From positions 646,070 through 710,069 of the forward strand of contig OY969425.1 in NCBI GenBank assembly GCA_963699255.1: 64,000 bases of DNA. Reading direction: 5' to 3'. Numbering within the stretch: the first letter of the stretch is position 1; each line of letters opens with the position of its first letter. A model generated the notes under the pieces. The model saw only the letters and a program-made list of their open reading frames with translations, ran no database searches and was not told where the DNA came from. A program made the position numbers and the translations under genes. Shown piece after piece: positions 8,764-19,832 of this stretch. Source of the DNA: an uncultured bacterium. Lineage in GTDB: Bacteria > Margulisbacteria > WOR-1 > CAVSGV01.

Positions 8764-10232
8764 TTATTTTACAGGCAGAATGATCGTGAAAGTGCTTCCC
8801 TCGCCGAGCTTGCTTTTTACCTGAATTGTGCCGTCATTCACCTCAACAAGCACCTTGCTCACCCGAAGGCCTAAACCATTTCCGATCTCATCATTTGTTC
8901 CATATGATCTAATATTATCAGGTTTCTCCTTCATATCGAATAGTTTGGCCACCTTTTCCGGCGACATCCCCATGCCTGTATCTTCCACCGATATTACGAC
9001 ATGCCCATCCACCCTATTCGCGAAGATTTTTACCTCTCCCCCGCTAGTGAATTTAATAGCGTTAGAAACGAAATTCCCCAATACCGCCCCGATAATCCCC
9101 GGGCCCCTGTAATAACGAGATTTCTTGGAACCAAATTCTTCAACTCCACTTTTTTCATGCCAGCGGGAATCTTCGCAATATCCAGCACGGAACCAACAGT
9201 ATCGAAAAGATTCAGCTTTGTAAGCATGCGTTCGATTGATGTCGCTTCTTTCAACGAATTCAACTGATCAAGCAATGGGAGGCTGCTCTTAGCGGAAAAC
9301 TCAATGGCTTCAAAGCAACTGCCAAGTGTATTATAATCTTCCTCAATATTTTTATCTTTCCAGTCCATATCAATTAATTGGCACATACCCATTATGCCAT
9401 TGAATGGGGTTTTCAGATCATGCACCATAAGGTTGAATAATCTTGCCTTTGTTTTAAGCTCCTCCCGCAGTTTTTTGTTTTCCAACACATATTTATACGG
9501 CCCCTCAAGGAGCTTGTCCGAGGTTTTCTTGAAATCGTCGATCATCTCTTCAATTTTACTTTTATATGTCGTTGAAGGATTGAACAGGTTCGCGAATTTC
9601 AACATTGTCCCCAATACTGACAACTTAAATATTTTCAACCTGGCTGTGCCAAGGTCCCTTGACCGCCAGTACCGAAACGCGGACGGGGTATTAATGTTCA
9701 TCTTTTCATTCGTCGGCATTGAACCAGGAATGGGTTGCCCGAATGCGTTTCCTTCTGTTTGCGATTTTCCCCATTCGGTCAAGTGGGCAACTATGTGTTC
9801 ATAGGTGCTCTTGGTCAGGCTTGAAATGATCCCCAACTGCTCGCGAACCTTATCAATATCTTCTTTTGTGAAATCAGTATACTTCTTTGCCAGGAGACTG
9901 CTAATAATATTGCCGGGAGCGGAAACCCCATTATCTGAGCCCAGTATAACATCGACAGGTTTTTTTAAGTTAACTAACATGCCGCCAAAGAATTCTTTCT
10001 GCTTATTAATCTCTTCCTTTAGCGTTTGATTTTCAGCTATTATGGACTGAAAGGGTGCCGTAAGAAGCTTTCCCTTCTTTTCATCCAGGCCATCGATCTT
10101 CTTTTGCAGTGTTTCCGAACGAAAGATCTTATTCACGGCCCTATAAGCGTTTTGCTTCAGTGAATTCCGAAGTATTTTCACGCCTAAATTGCGAGTTGTG
10201 TTTATATTTATCTTATTGATATCTGCTACCAT
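8764..10232 (-). pseudogene. sensor histidine kinase, frameshifted between the HisKA and HATPase_c domains in a CCCCGGGCCCC run (possibly an assembly error)
   Basis: ORF 9030..10232 carries the H-box (HDLKTPFNGI) and ORF 8764..9081 carries the N/G boxes (NFVSNAIKFT, GMGMS). They overlap in different frames around 9095-9110. Confidence 0.6.
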
Positions 10233-10388
10233 TTCCCTTTCCCCCTTGAGATAAGAGATATGAATGATCGACTCATTTTCGACCCTTCATTCCCTTCTAC
10301 AGTATTATCGACAAATTTGCCCTGAAATTTCACTGAATTTCATGAATGTTTTAGGGTAGGATACGGGCGCGGCGAACCCTGAAATGCC

Positions 10389-12158
10389 TTATTTGCTGCG
10401 GATCACACTGAGGATGAACCTGGGCAGGACCATCATCCTTCTCCATCTTCCCGGCTCCTGGATAAGCCTCCAAAACCACTCAATCCCGGCCTTGCGCATG
10501 AAAATCGGCGCTCTCCTGACGCGGCCGGCTATGACGTCAAAGCTTCCCCCAACGCACATAACAAGGGGAACGTCGAGCTCTTTTATGTGTTTTGCCGCCC
10601 ATTTTTCCTGTCTGGGGCTTCCCATCCCCACAAAAAGAATGTCCGGCTTTGCTTTTTTTATACTGTCCATGACAAGCTGTTCGTTCATCGAATATCCGTG
10701 GAAAGTACCTACCACATTGGCTTTTAGAGCCTGGGCTGCCTTCTCCGCTACGCCTTCCCTGCCTCCCAAAAGGAACAATCTATATCCCTTTCCTCTTGAT
10801 ACATCCGCCAGCTTCAGCATCATGTCTATCCCGGCGATCCTCTGCTTGAACCTTTTGCCGATGATCCTTCCCGCGATCATAAGGCCGATGCCGTCGGCGA
10901 TCGAAAGATAAGCGCCGTTGATTATGTTCGTTAATTCAACATCCCGCTGCGATGACATTATCATCTCGGGATTGGGGGTAACTATCAGGCCGGTGCTTTT
11001 TGATGTTATCAGGTCTTCCGCCTTTTTTACCGCTTCATCCATTGTCATGTTGTCGATCTCAACGCCGAGGACCCGCACCCTGTTATTTTTAAGGACTTCC
11101 ATTAAAAGGACAATGTTCTCCCCTGCGACGTTTGAAAGCCCTTCGACCCCGACCGTAACCGCGCTTGGTTCATCAATAAATGCGCTGACCGCACTTATAA
11201 GGTCGGCCTCTTTCAGGTCGTTGAAATCAAGCCACTTCCAGCCCGTTGATCTCTGGAAGCTTTCGACTTTCGGGTCGTAAGACAGGCCGAAACCCGGCGT
11301 TCCGGCCATAGAAGAAAATATCAGGCTGTGAAGCCTCATCCCGACCAGGGCGTCAAAGGATGAGATAACATCCAGCATCTCCGCGGGGGTGCATCGCCTC
11401 AGAAGGATGTGCGCCGGATATTTCATGAAGCCCATTACCCGATCGATGGCGTCCATATCGTCCGGATACTTGAATATCAAGAACACTATCTGAGAATCTT
11501 TTTCCTTTATCAGATGGTCGCATAGAGCGGCGACAGCTTTATATTTCGAGGCGGGATCCCTGACCTTTACAGGCGGGCGAAGAGCGACACCTATCAGGCG
11601 GGACCTGCATTTATTGATCCCCTCGATCTCAAGGAGTTTTTTCCCGTTCTCCTTGTCCGGGGAACCGAGAAGAAAAGACAGGTCCGCGGTCAGAACAAGC
11701 TTTTTGGGCTTCGCGCCTATGCTTATCAGCTCTTTAAGGGATATCTCATCACGGACAGAGACCAGGTCCACGTTCTTCAGGGCTCTCCTTAACAGCGACT
11801 TATTGCGGACGGGTCCTATCCCCTGCCCGAGCAGGATGGTTTTTTTCCTGAGATGCTTCGCCAGAAAGATCAAAAGCGAATAATAAAAAAGGCTCCTTGC
11901 GCTTGTCGAGTCCTGTAACAAGCCGCCCCCTCCAAGCACAAAGGCATCGCAGCTCGCCAGTTCTTTCAAGATATGGAAAAGAGAATATTTATGCACGGAA
12001 TCTATGTTATACGACCTTGATGTTCCAAGGGGGTCATCCGAAAGGGCCGTGATCTTCCCGTAGGGGAATTCCTTCCTCAGCCGCGATACCAGGGCCTGTA
12101 ATATCGCTTCATCACCGATGTTCCCGCTCCCAAAATAACCGGCAAGAAGCAGTTTCAT
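10389..12158 (-). CDS. csaB: fusion of polysaccharide pyruvyl transferase CsaB with WecB/TagA/CpsF-family glycosyltransferase
   Basis: The N-terminal 330 aa is pyruvyl-transferase-like (MKLLLAGYFGSGNIGDEAIL). The C-terminal 250 aa is a WecG/TagA ManNAc-transferase (GMGSPRQEKW, EWFWRL). The start was chosen at MKLLLAG (12158), adjacent to the upstream stop. Confidence 0.8.
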   Translation of the reverse strand: MKLLLAGYFGSGNIGDEAILQALVSRLRKEFPYGKITALSDDPLGTSRSYNIDSVHKYSLFHILKELASCDAFVLGGGGLLQDSTSARSLFYYSLLIFLAKHLRKKTILLGQGIGPVRNKSLLRRALKNVDLVSVRDEISLKELISIGAKPKKLVLTADLSFLLGSPDKENGKKLLEIEGINKCRSRLIGVALRPPVKVRDPASKYKAVAALCDHLIKEKDSQIVFLIFKYPDDMDAIDRVMGFMKYPAHILLRRCTPAEMLDVISSFDALVGMRLHSLIFSSMAGTPGFGLSYDPKVESFQRSTGWKWLDFNDLKEADLISAVSAFIDEPSAVTVGVEGLSNVAGENIVLLMEVLKNNRVRVLGVEIDNMTMDEAVKKAEDLITSKSTGLIVTPNPEMIMSSQRDVELTNIINGAYLSIADGIGLMIAGRIIGKRFKQRIAGIDMMLKLADVSRGKGYRLFLLGGREGVAEKAAQALKANVVGTFHGYSMNEQLVMDSIKKAKPDILFVGMGSPRQEKWAAKHIKELDVPLVMCVGGSFDVIAGRVRRAPIFMRKAGIEWFWRLIQEPGRWRRMMVLPRFILSVIRSK

Positions 12159-13888
12159 TTTATCAGCGCTTCGATCCTCGGTCGGGCCGCGTTCCACGCG
12201 AGGTAAAGAAAATAGGCGGCTATGCCCAGGGCAATGCCAAGTATCAGGCCGACGCAGGACCTGACCAGCGTCACCACGATCGGAGTGTGAATGTGGCAAA
12301 AAGAATTCACCATGGATACGGGAGCAAGGACCCCGGCGGAAAGCCACAACCACAGCCATTTGTTCCCGCCCTTTATGTAATAGACGGCGCCCAATATGAT
12401 CGCGGGATAACCGATAAGGAATTCCTTCGTCCTGGGCCTGATGAACAACAGGTTCTCAAGAAGCTCTCTGCCGTGTTTTTCAAGCCCGGTCACCGGAAGG
12501 CCGAAATTCCCGCTCCTTAATATGAACAGCACCCCGCAGGCGGCCGCGAGCAGGAACAGGACAGCGTGGATTATCTTTATATTGACGTTCAGGAGTTCTT
12601 TAAGCCTGGACACGGATGTTCTTAAGTCCAGGGTCTCTGCATTTTCCCTCCTCAAAAAGAAATATGCCGCGACGATCAACAAAGGAAGAACAAGGGCTAT
12701 TTTCACTCCCGTGAACGCGTCAATGCCGAGCATGTGCACGCTGTCCGACAAGAGAGCGGCGATGAACATCGCTCCCATAGCCGTGATCCCGGCTATGAAC
12801 ATAGTGATCGATACGGCTTTTGAAACCACACCCACGGCAAAAGGCTCCCTCTTGGAGGGGAAGAGCGATATCATAGCGTATGTCGGAAAAACAACGGCGG
12901 AGGCCAGAGCCAGAAGCTTTACCGGCAATACGCCGAACAAAGCCAATATCAGGATCGAAGCAAAAAAGTTCACGGGTATGAAGTAATGAACAAGCAATAT
13001 GGCCCCGCTCGCGATGCCGAACGCGATAAAGATCCGCTCCAGCCCGCTCAGCGATACTCTTTGAGGCACGGAGGCCTGGCCTATATCAAAACCGAGCGCC
13101 ATAAGTTCCTGTTTTAGTCCCTTTACAAAAGACAAGTTGGTCCCGATCAGATCTTTTCCGGCATCGGGATATTGGATCAGATGGACATAAAGTATCCTGA
13201 CAGCCCTCTCTTTCGCCGCCCGGACAAATCTGCTCGCGGCTTCGTCCTGAGACATTTTCTCAAGTTCATCCGGCGGGATGCTGTGGACCTTTACCAGGTC
13301 TCCCCCCATGTAAGAAGCAAGCGTGCTGTCCCCCGATTGCTTGCCGAACTCTATGATCCCGTATTTCAGCTTGCTCGCTTTCAACGCAGCGGCCGTTTCT
13401 TTTAAATAATTCGGGTATCCGAGGACTTCCTCTTCATCAAATATGACGGTGTCAAAAGCTGAAATGTCCTTTATCTTCTGGCTTATCACCGGACCGCTCA
13501 TGTTATAAACGTTCCTCAGCCTCGGAATGATCCTGAGGCCGGAGTCCCGGACGATATTGATCCTGTTCACCGAAATGCCCCTGCCCGGAAAATACAGGTT
13601 GACCTTATTCGGGTCCAGTCCGGCCGTAAGGTTCGGGTCCAGATCGGTCGGCACGTCTTCGGTCAGCGCGACAGCAGAAATCCCGGCATCCCTGAACCGG
13701 GCAAGCAAAGACCCCGCTGAAATTTCCTTAACGACCGAGAGCCTTTCTATATCGCTGAAGTCAGCCGCGATCTCGACGCGGTTGTTCGCCTTTTCAGCGC
13801 CGATCCTTTCGTAGATGACAAAAGCGGAAACGGCTATGGCCGCCAGAAGGGCTATCATTATCAGAAGAACAACGTTCCTGTCTTTCAT
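12155..13888 (-). CDS. DUF5693-family polytopic membrane protein (a CsaB-associated cell-envelope protein)
   Basis: 577 aa; N-terminal TM, a large extracytoplasmic domain, then 8 or more TM helices. The family is commonly encoded next to csaB. Confidence 0.55.
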   Translation of the reverse strand: MKDRNVVLLIMIALLAAIAVSAFVIYERIGAEKANNRVEIAADFSDIERLSVVKEISAGSLLARFRDAGISAVALTEDVPTDLDPNLTAGLDPNKVNLYFPGRGISVNRINIVRDSGLRIIPRLRNVYNMSGPVISQKIKDISAFDTVIFDEEEVLGYPNYLKETAAALKASKLKYGIIEFGKQSGDSTLASYMGGDLVKVHSIPPDELEKMSQDEAASRFVRAAKERAVRILYVHLIQYPDAGKDLIGTNLSFVKGLKQELMALGFDIGQASVPQRVSLSGLERIFIAFGIASGAILLVHYFIPVNFFASILILALFGVLPVKLLALASAVVFPTYAMISLFPSKREPFAVGVVSKAVSITMFIAGITAMGAMFIAALLSDSVHMLGIDAFTGVKIALVLPLLIVAAYFFLRRENAETLDLRTSVSRLKELLNVNIKIIHAVLFLLAAACGVLFILRSGNFGLPVTGLEKHGRELLENLLFIRPRTKEFLIGYPAIILGAVYYIKGGNKWLWLWLSAGVLAPVSMVNSFCHIHTPIVVTLVRSCVGLILGIALGIAAYFLYLAWNAARPRIEALIK

Positions 13889-13904
13889 TTTATTTCCTCC
13901 CCGT

Positions 13905-15017
13905 TCACCCCGACCGTAGCGTCGGGGACTTTAAAAATGCCTCTATGAACACATCTATATTTCCGTCTATCACCTTCTGGACATCGCTTACCTCCGCGCC
14001 GGTCCTGTGGTCCTTTACCATGGTATATGGGGCAAAAACATACGACCTTATCTGGTTCCCCCATCCGATCTCGCGCCTCTGCCCCCTCAGCTCTTCTATC
14101 TTTTCCTTCCTTTCCTCAAGGAGCATCTCATATAGTTTTGCCTTCATGATCTTCATCGCGGCTTCCCTGTTCGCGTGCTGGGAGCGGTCTGACTGGCTCT
14201 GCGTCACGATACCCGTCGGAACATGGGTTATCCTTATTGCCGAGCTTACCTTATTCACGTTCTGGCCGCCGGGACCGCTTGCCCTGAAGGTATCTACGCG
14301 CAGGTCCGCCGGGTTTATCTCAACCTTGATATCTTCAGTTATTTCAGGGATCACTTCAACGGAAGCGAAAGAAGTATGGCGCTTGCCGTCAGCGTTAAAC
14401 GGCGACATCCTCACGAGCCTGTGGATCCCTTTTTCCGCCTTAAGATATCCGTAGGCATACAGCCCCGACACGATAACGGTGGCGCCTTTTATGCCCGCCT
14501 CTTCGCCGTAAGAAATATCCGGCATCTCAACGCCGTATCCTTTTGATTCCGCCCACCTGCCGTACATCCTGAGCAGTATCTGCGCCCAGTCCTGCGCGTC
14601 GGTGCCGCCCGCCCCGGCGTTTATCGATACTATCGCGCTGTTCTTGTCATACTCTCCCGCCATAAGGGTCATGAGCTCAAGAGAAGATATGTCGCCTGTT
14701 AGCCCCGTCAGGTCCTGGGAGAGATCTTTTTCCGCCGATTCAAGTTTCTCCTCAACGGCCGTGTCTACAAGAACGGACAGGTCTTCCGCTTTTGTTCTCA
14801 GCTTTTTCCATGAAGCGACCTGATCTTCAAGGGACTTCAGCTCCCGCAGCAGCTTCTGCGCTTCCTGAGCGTCCTTCCAGAGGTCGGCACCTGATGTTTT
14901 CATATGAAGCTCTTTTATCTTTGCTTCCTTGTTCTCTATATCAAGAAGCTTTGAAAGCTCGCCGACTTTTTTTTGCGCGGAATCTATTTTACTTTTTAAT
15001 TCGTCCAACATTTGCAC
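13905..15017 (-). CDS. prfB: peptide chain release factor 2 (contiguous ORF, no programmed +1 frameshift)
   Basis: 370 aa; SPF tripeptide region and the GGQ motif (GPGGQNVNK). Confidence 0.9.
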   Translation of the reverse strand: MQMLDELKSKIDSAQKKVGELSKLLDIENKEAKIKELHMKTSGADLWKDAQEAQKLLRELKSLEDQVASWKKLRTKAEDLSVLVDTAVEEKLESAEKDLSQDLTGLTGDISSLELMTLMAGEYDKNSAIVSINAGAGGTDAQDWAQILLRMYGRWAESKGYGVEMPDISYGEEAGIKGATVIVSGLYAYGYLKAEKGIHRLVRMSPFNADGKRHTSFASVEVIPEITEDIKVEINPADLRVDTFRASGPGGQNVNKVSSAIRITHVPTGIVTQSQSDRSQHANREAAMKIMKAKLYEMLLEERKEKIEELRGQRREIGWGNQIRSYVFAPYTMVKDHRTGAEVSDVQKVIDGNIDVFIEAFLKSPTLRSG

Positions 15018-15118
15018 ATCCCGTTTCGCGGAGATAAACTCCGCTCTTCCAATCTACAAAGCAGAGCTTGCCCCGCAGAGATGCTCCGCATTCTTGCGGG
15101 GCTTGCCTCTGCGAAGCT

Positions 15119-17143
15119 TTACTTCAATACTATTATTTTCCCTTTCCCTATCGTTCGGCCCTCGGAAGCTATCCTGAAAAGATACACGCCATTCGCGACC
15201 GTTTCCCCGAAATCGTTTTTCCCGTCCCAGTAAACCCTGTTCGTTCCCTGGTTGCCTCCGTTCGTCCCGGATGAAAAGTATTTCCTGCAGATCAAGCTGC
15301 CTGATATATCAAAAAAGTAAATATAAGTTTCGGAATTCGCGTTAAGATCGTATTTGATCATTATCGATCCCTTGTTCGGATTGAACGGGTTCGGGCCGTA
15401 CTGGGCCCGCGCCATAAGCAAAGGCGAGTCGGAAGACCCGGCATGAAAGATGATCATTTTTGCTTTTGACGTGAGATCGTTCAAAGTAAGTCTTACGGTC
15501 AAGTCGCCGTCTAATCCGGTCGAATCCAGGACAGCCAAGGTCCCGTTAAGCACCGGGGTTGTGGAAGTCTCAAGTGTTGTCCATGTTGTCGGGCTGCTGC
15601 CTCGTCCGTATTCAACCACGTATTTGCTGAATGTTTCACCAGTCGCGCTTCCAAGTATATTGATAACCCCATAGGCGGTCCCTTTATTCGCTGGAGAAGA
15701 AATGTATCCGTAAAGCCCGCCTAGTGACGCAAAAGCATTTATGCGTCCTTTGCCAAGCTTCCCTTCGTAACCGGGATTATACGCGTCAATATTATCCGCA
15801 TAATCTTCAATCCTCTGGACCACCGCTTCAGCTGATATCCCGGGATACTTCGCGATAATAAGCGCCGCCAGCCCTGAAACAAAAGGCGTTGCCATGGAAG
15901 TACCTTCAAGCCATTCATCACTTACATCATCCCCGCCATACACGCTTAGTATCCAATGAACATATTCTGTATAACTGCCGTCGCCTCCCGGGGCAGACAC
16001 ATCAACAGATGAACCGTAATTGGAGTAACTTGCTTTGCGATCGTACGGATCAGTTGCCGCGACCGAGAGCACATGAGCATAAGCGGCAGGATAACTGGGG
16101 CTGGAAGTGTTTTCATTTCCCGCGGCGGCCACAAGAACGCAGTCCGCTGTTGCGGCATAGGTGATGCCTTCCAATATCGTACTGCTCGCATCCCCTCCAA
16201 AGCTCATGCTGATGACATCGGCTGATGCGCTTACCGCCCATATCAACCCATTAAAGATATCCACTTCATTCCCCGATCCGCCTGAATCAAATGACTTTAT
16301 CGGGATTATCCTGCAGTGCCAGTCAACTCCGGCAACGCCTTTACCGTTATCCGAATCTGCACCTATTATGCCTGAAACATGGGTCCCGTGATAACCTCGA
16401 AGGGCGGCATCGTCCATTGGATCGCTATTCCCATAAACGAAATTGTATCCTTCCAGGGAGTCCACTCTGTTAATCAGGTCCTCGTGATTGTAATTCACTC
16501 CCGTATCAATGACCGCCACCTTTACCGAGCTCTCCCCCGTGCACATATTCCAGCCGGAATTTCCCTCCTCAGTAGGGGTAAGCCATATCTTATAAAGCCC
16601 CCACTGATTTGGGTTGCTATCCGCGCTGCCCTCACCGGAGATATACCATGGATCGTTCGGGGTATATATGTGCATGATATAATTCGGTTCGGCGAATTCG
16701 ACCGAAGGATCATTTTTGTATTCCTCCACAACCGACTTCACGTCCGTATCCTTCGGGAATTCCAGAAGGAATATCCGCGACATGTCCGGCAGCTCAACAA
16801 CACGCCCGCTCCTGAGCTTTTTCAGTTTGCGCTCTTTTTTCGCGAACGATCTGATGTTGCTTATCTTATATCTGGCGTTAAGCGCTTTTATCGATCCTGG
16901 CATTATTTCAACTTTATCCAGCGAAAAAACACCGACGCCCTTTTTGTCCTTGACCGAAACCACATCCGGCTTGAATTTGACCATCATCTGCCCGGGCACG
17001 AATTCCTCCGCAAAACAGGGGAAACTGAAGAATAATAAACAAAGAAGAACTAGGAACCTGCGACTGAAAGTCGCGGTTCCATTATATTGATTGGAACCGA
17101 GGCTTTTAGCCTCAGGTTCCAATAGCATCGGATCCCTGGTCAT
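15119..17143 (-). CDS. secreted S8-family subtilisin-like serine peptidase with a T9SS/Por-type C-terminal sorting domain
   Basis: D/H/S catalytic triad motifs ([22 protein letters not shown]) and a signal peptide. The C-terminal ~80 aa (NPFNP...[21 protein letters not shown]) resembles the Por secretion tail. The start ATG at 17143 overlaps the secA stop (ATGA); an alternative start lies at 17194. Confidence 0.8.
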   Translation of the reverse strand: MTRDPMLLEPEAKSLGSNQYNGTATFSRRFLVLLCLLFFSFPCFAEEFVPGQMMVKFKPDVVSVKDKKGVGVFSLDKVEIMPGSIKALNARYKISNIRSFAKKERKLKKLRSGRVVELPDMSRIFLLEFPKDTDVKSVVEEYKNDPSVEFAEPNYIMHIYTPNDPWYISGEGSADSNPNQWGLYKIWLTPTEEGNSGWNMCTGESSVKVAVIDTGVNYNHEDLINRVDSLEGYNFVYGNSDPMDDAALRGYHGTHVSGIIGADSDNGKGVAGVDWHCRIIPIKSFDSGGSGNEVDIFNGLIWAVSASADVISMSFGGDASSTILEGITYAATADCVLVAAAGNENTSSPSYPAAYAHVLSVAATDPYDRKASYSNYGSSVDVSAPGGDGSYTEYVHWILSVYGGDDVSDEWLEGTSMATPFVSGLAALIIAKYPGISAEAVVQRIEDYADNIDAYNPGYEGKLGKGRINAFASLGGLYGYISSPANKGTAYGVINILGSATGETFSKYVVEYGRGSSPTTWTTLETSTTPVLNGTLAVLDSTGLDGDLTVRLTLNDLTSKAKMIIFHAGSSDSPLLMARAQYGPNPFNPNKGSIMIKYDLNANSETYIYFFDISGSLICRKYFSSGTNGGNQGTNRVYWDGKNDFGETVANGVYLFRIASEGRTIGKGKIIVLK
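17053..17120. repeat. two tandem REP-like GGAACC-stem palindromes (GGAACCTGCGACT-GAA-AGTCGCGGTTCC and GGAACCGAGGCT-TTT-AGCCTCAGGTTCC)
   Basis: Perfect or near-perfect 12-bp stems read from the sequence. The same unit recurs at 25444 and 50552. Confidence 0.5.
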
Positions 17144-19641
17144 AAATCTTTTCCGCAGCATTTTTTGTACTTCTTTCCGCTCCCGCATGGACACGGGTCG
17201 TTCCTTCCTATCTTATCGGTCTTCCTGACCGATGATGATCTGCTCACGCGCGTCGGCTCTCCGTAAGTGACATTGCGCTTCCTCTGGAGGAGCTCCTCCT
17301 CGCCTTCCCTCACCACCTGGGCCTTGTATATCACGCTGATGATCTCCTGCCTTGCGGCATCCATCATGTCCTGGAACATCTTGTAACCCTCTATCTTGTA
17401 TTCAATGAGAGGATCCCTCTGCCCCCAGGCGCGCAGTCCTATTCCCTCGCGCAGGACATCCATGTTGTGGAGATGCTCTATCCACTTCGCGTCGATCTCC
17501 TTAAGCATAACAAGCTTCTCTATCTCACGCATAGCATCACTGCCGACGAACTTCTCTTTTGCCTCATAAGCGTCCTTCAACATGCTTTCAAGGGCGCTCT
17601 TTATCCCGGCTCTGTCCTTATAGGCCGCAAGGCCGCTCATGTCCGCCGGCAGGAGTTCAGAAACGGCGGTCTTAAGCCCCTCGATGTCCGAAAGGGGATC
17701 TTTTTCCGGAACGAAAGCGTCCAGATAATTCTTGACCAGCTGATCGATCATCTCGAAGGCCTTTTGCTTCAGGTCCCTTCCCTCCAGGATCCTGCGCCGC
17801 AAAGCGTATATCGATTCCCTCTGCTTGTTCATGACGTCGTCATATTCAAGGACCTGTTTCCTTATGTTAAAGTGATATTGCTCCACTTTCTTCTGCGCGT
17901 TCTCTATCGCCCTAGTTATAAGCGGATGTTCTATCGGCGTATTCTCCTCCATACCCATTCTTTCCATTATCCCGGCGATCCTGTCGCTGCCGAAAAGCTT
18001 CATCAGGTCGTCCTCAAGCGCCACATAAAATCTGGACGAGCCCGGGTCGCCCTGACGGCCGCTTCGGCCTCTCAGCTGGTTGTCTATCCTGCGCGATTCG
18101 TGCCGCTCCGTCCCGATTATGTAAAGTCCCCCGGACTGGGCCACCCCTTCGCCAAGGACGATATCGGTGCCGCGGCCCGCCATGTTCGTTGCAATAGTGA
18201 CGGCGCCCTTCTGCCCGGCTTTCGCGACGATCTCCGCTTCCATTTCGTGATGCTTCGCGTTCAAAACGTTGTGGGGGATCCCCCGCCTTTTCAATATATC
18301 GCTTATATGTTCGGAATTCTCTATCGAGACGGTGCCGACAAGGACCGGCTGCCCGTTCTTATGGAGGCTTGCTATCTCGTCGGCGACGTTATTGAACTTT
18401 TCCTTCCTTGTCTTGTATATCACGTCATTCAGGTCTTTCCTTATCATGCGCTTGTAGGTGGGGACCTCCAGGACCTCCAGCTTGTATATTTTCCAGAACT
18501 CGCCCTCTTCGGTCTTCGCGGTCCCCGTCATACCGGCAAGCTTTTTGTACATCCTGAAATAATTCTGGAAAGTTATGGTTGCGAGCGTCTGGCTTTCTTC
18601 CTGGATGGTGACGTTCTCCTTGGCTTCTATCGCCTGATGAAGCCCGTCGCTGTAACGCCTGCCGATCATGAGGCGTCCGGTGAATTCATCCACTATGATC
18701 ACCTCGCCGTCCTTGACGACATAATCGATGTCGCCCCTGTAAAGGTGCCACGCCTTAAGGGATTGGAGTATCTGGTGGGCTATTTCCATGTTCGCTATGT
18801 CAAAGAGGCTTTCAACTCCGAGGAATTTTTCCGCTTTCTTTGTCCCTGCTTCTGTCAGGACGGCGTTCTTCGTCTTTTCGTCAACGGTGAAATCCGCGCC
18901 TTTTGAAAGTTTTTTCGCGATATCGTTCCCCTTATAATATCCCTCCAGGCTTTCCTCCACCATTCCCGATATGATAAGAGGCGTCCTTGCTTCGTCGATC
19001 AAAATGCTGTCCACTTCGTCAACGATCGCGTAATTAACGTCCCTCTGAACGCACTGTTCTATGGTGACGGCCATGTTATCCCTTAAATAATCAAAGCCGA
19101 ATTCGTTGTTGGTGCCGAAAGTAATGTCCGCGCCGTAAGCCGCTTTCCGCTCCGCATAGTCCATGTCGTGCTGGATAAGCCCGACCTCCAGGCCGAGGAA
19201 CTTGTATATAGGGCCCATCCACTCGCTGTCGCGTTTCGCGAGGTAATCATTGACCGTTACTATGTGCACGCCCTTTTCTTCGAGAGCGTTAAGATATACG
19301 GGCAGTGTCGCGACAAGGGTTTTTCCTTCGCCCGTCTTCATCTCGGAGATCTTGCCCTGATGGAGTACTATGCCGCCCACAAGCTGAACGTCGAAGTGGC
19401 GAAGTCCTGTTGTCCTGACGGATGCCTCCCGAACAGCGGCAAAAGCCTCCGGAAGGATACTGTCCAGTGACTCGCCTTTTTTGAGCCTCCCTTTGAACTC
19501 GGATGTCTTGGCCTTAAGCTGTTCGTCGCTCAGAGCCTTCATTTTCGCTTCGAGGCTGTTTATCTTAAGGACGAGCGGCTGGATCTTCTCCAGTTTTTTT
19601 TCATCTGTCTCGCTCAATAAATTTATAAGCCATTTGAACAT
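17140..19641 (-). CDS. secA: preprotein translocase ATPase SecA
   Basis: 833 aa; DEAD-like motor, preprotein cross-linking domain, and a C-terminal zinc-binding [14 protein letters not shown]. Confidence 0.95.
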   Translation of the reverse strand: MFKWLINLLSETDEKKLEKIQPLVLKINSLEAKMKALSDEQLKAKTSEFKGRLKKGESLDSILPEAFAAVREASVRTTGLRHFDVQLVGGIVLHQGKISEMKTGEGKTLVATLPVYLNALEEKGVHIVTVNDYLAKRDSEWMGPIYKFLGLEVGLIQHDMDYAERKAAYGADITFGTNNEFGFDYLRDNMAVTIEQCVQRDVNYAIVDEVDSILIDEARTPLIISGMVEESLEGYYKGNDIAKKLSKGADFTVDEKTKNAVLTEAGTKKAEKFLGVESLFDIANMEIAHQILQSLKAWHLYRGDIDYVVKDGEVIIVDEFTGRLMIGRRYSDGLHQAIEAKENVTIQEESQTLATITFQNYFRMYKKLAGMTGTAKTEEGEFWKIYKLEVLEVPTYKRMIRKDLNDVIYKTRKEKFNNVADEIASLHKNGQPVLVGTVSIENSEHISDILKRRGIPHNVLNAKHHEMEAEIVAKAGQKGAVTIATNMAGRGTDIVLGEGVAQSGGLYIIGTERHESRRIDNQLRGRSGRQGDPGSSRFYVALEDDLMKLFGSDRIAGIMERMGMEENTPIEHPLITRAIENAQKKVEQYHFNIRKQVLEYDDVMNKQRESIYALRRRILEGRDLKQKAFEMIDQLVKNYLDAFVPEKDPLSDIEGLKTAVSELLPADMSGLAAYKDRAGIKSALESMLKDAYEAKEKFVGSDAMREIEKLVMLKEIDAKWIEHLHNMDVLREGIGLRAWGQRDPLIEYKIEGYKMFQDMMDAARQEIISVIYKAQVVREGEEELLQRKRNVTYGEPTRVSRSSSVRKTDKIGRNDPCPCGSGKKYKKCCGKDL

Positions 19642-19776
19642 TGTGTTTACTTCTACCTCATCCCCTGCCTGCCGGTAGGCAGGCTAGCCCTTCTCCAATC
19701 AATAGGAGAAGGGAAAGGATACTATACTATATCCTCACTTCTCCCTCTCATTCCAGGAGAGGGGTCAGGGGTGAGG

Positions 19777-19817
19777 AAATAAAAAGGGAGATAAGCGAAC
19801 AAGCCCGCTTATCCCCC
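19777..19817 (-). terminator. rho-independent terminator downstream of hpf
   Basis: On the minus strand: GGGGGATAAGCG-loop-CGCTTATCTCCC followed by TTTTTATTT, 16 nt after the hpf stop. Confidence 0.5.
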
Positions 19818-19832
19818 TTTTGGATCAGAGCG

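Noticed and set aside
12159-12359. 67-aa N-terminal extension of the CsaB-TagA ORF
   Set aside because: It overlaps the 3' end of the DUF5693 gene in another frame. The conserved CsaB N-terminus begins at MKLLLAGYFGSGNIGD, directly after the upstream stop.
13905-15017. Programmed +1 frameshift in prfB
   Set aside because: I looked for it, but the ORF is continuous from its ATG through the region homologous to the E. coli shift site (…SKLLDIENKE…). No in-frame UGA or separate upstream mini-ORF is present.
19642-19776. Riboswitch or leader peptide upstream of secA
   Set aside because: Several short hairpins are present (GCCTGCC-GGTA-GGCAGGC, CCCTTCTCC..GGAGAAGGG), but no recognisable riboswitch core and no secM-like ORF. 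They probably reflect promoter or UTR structure only.
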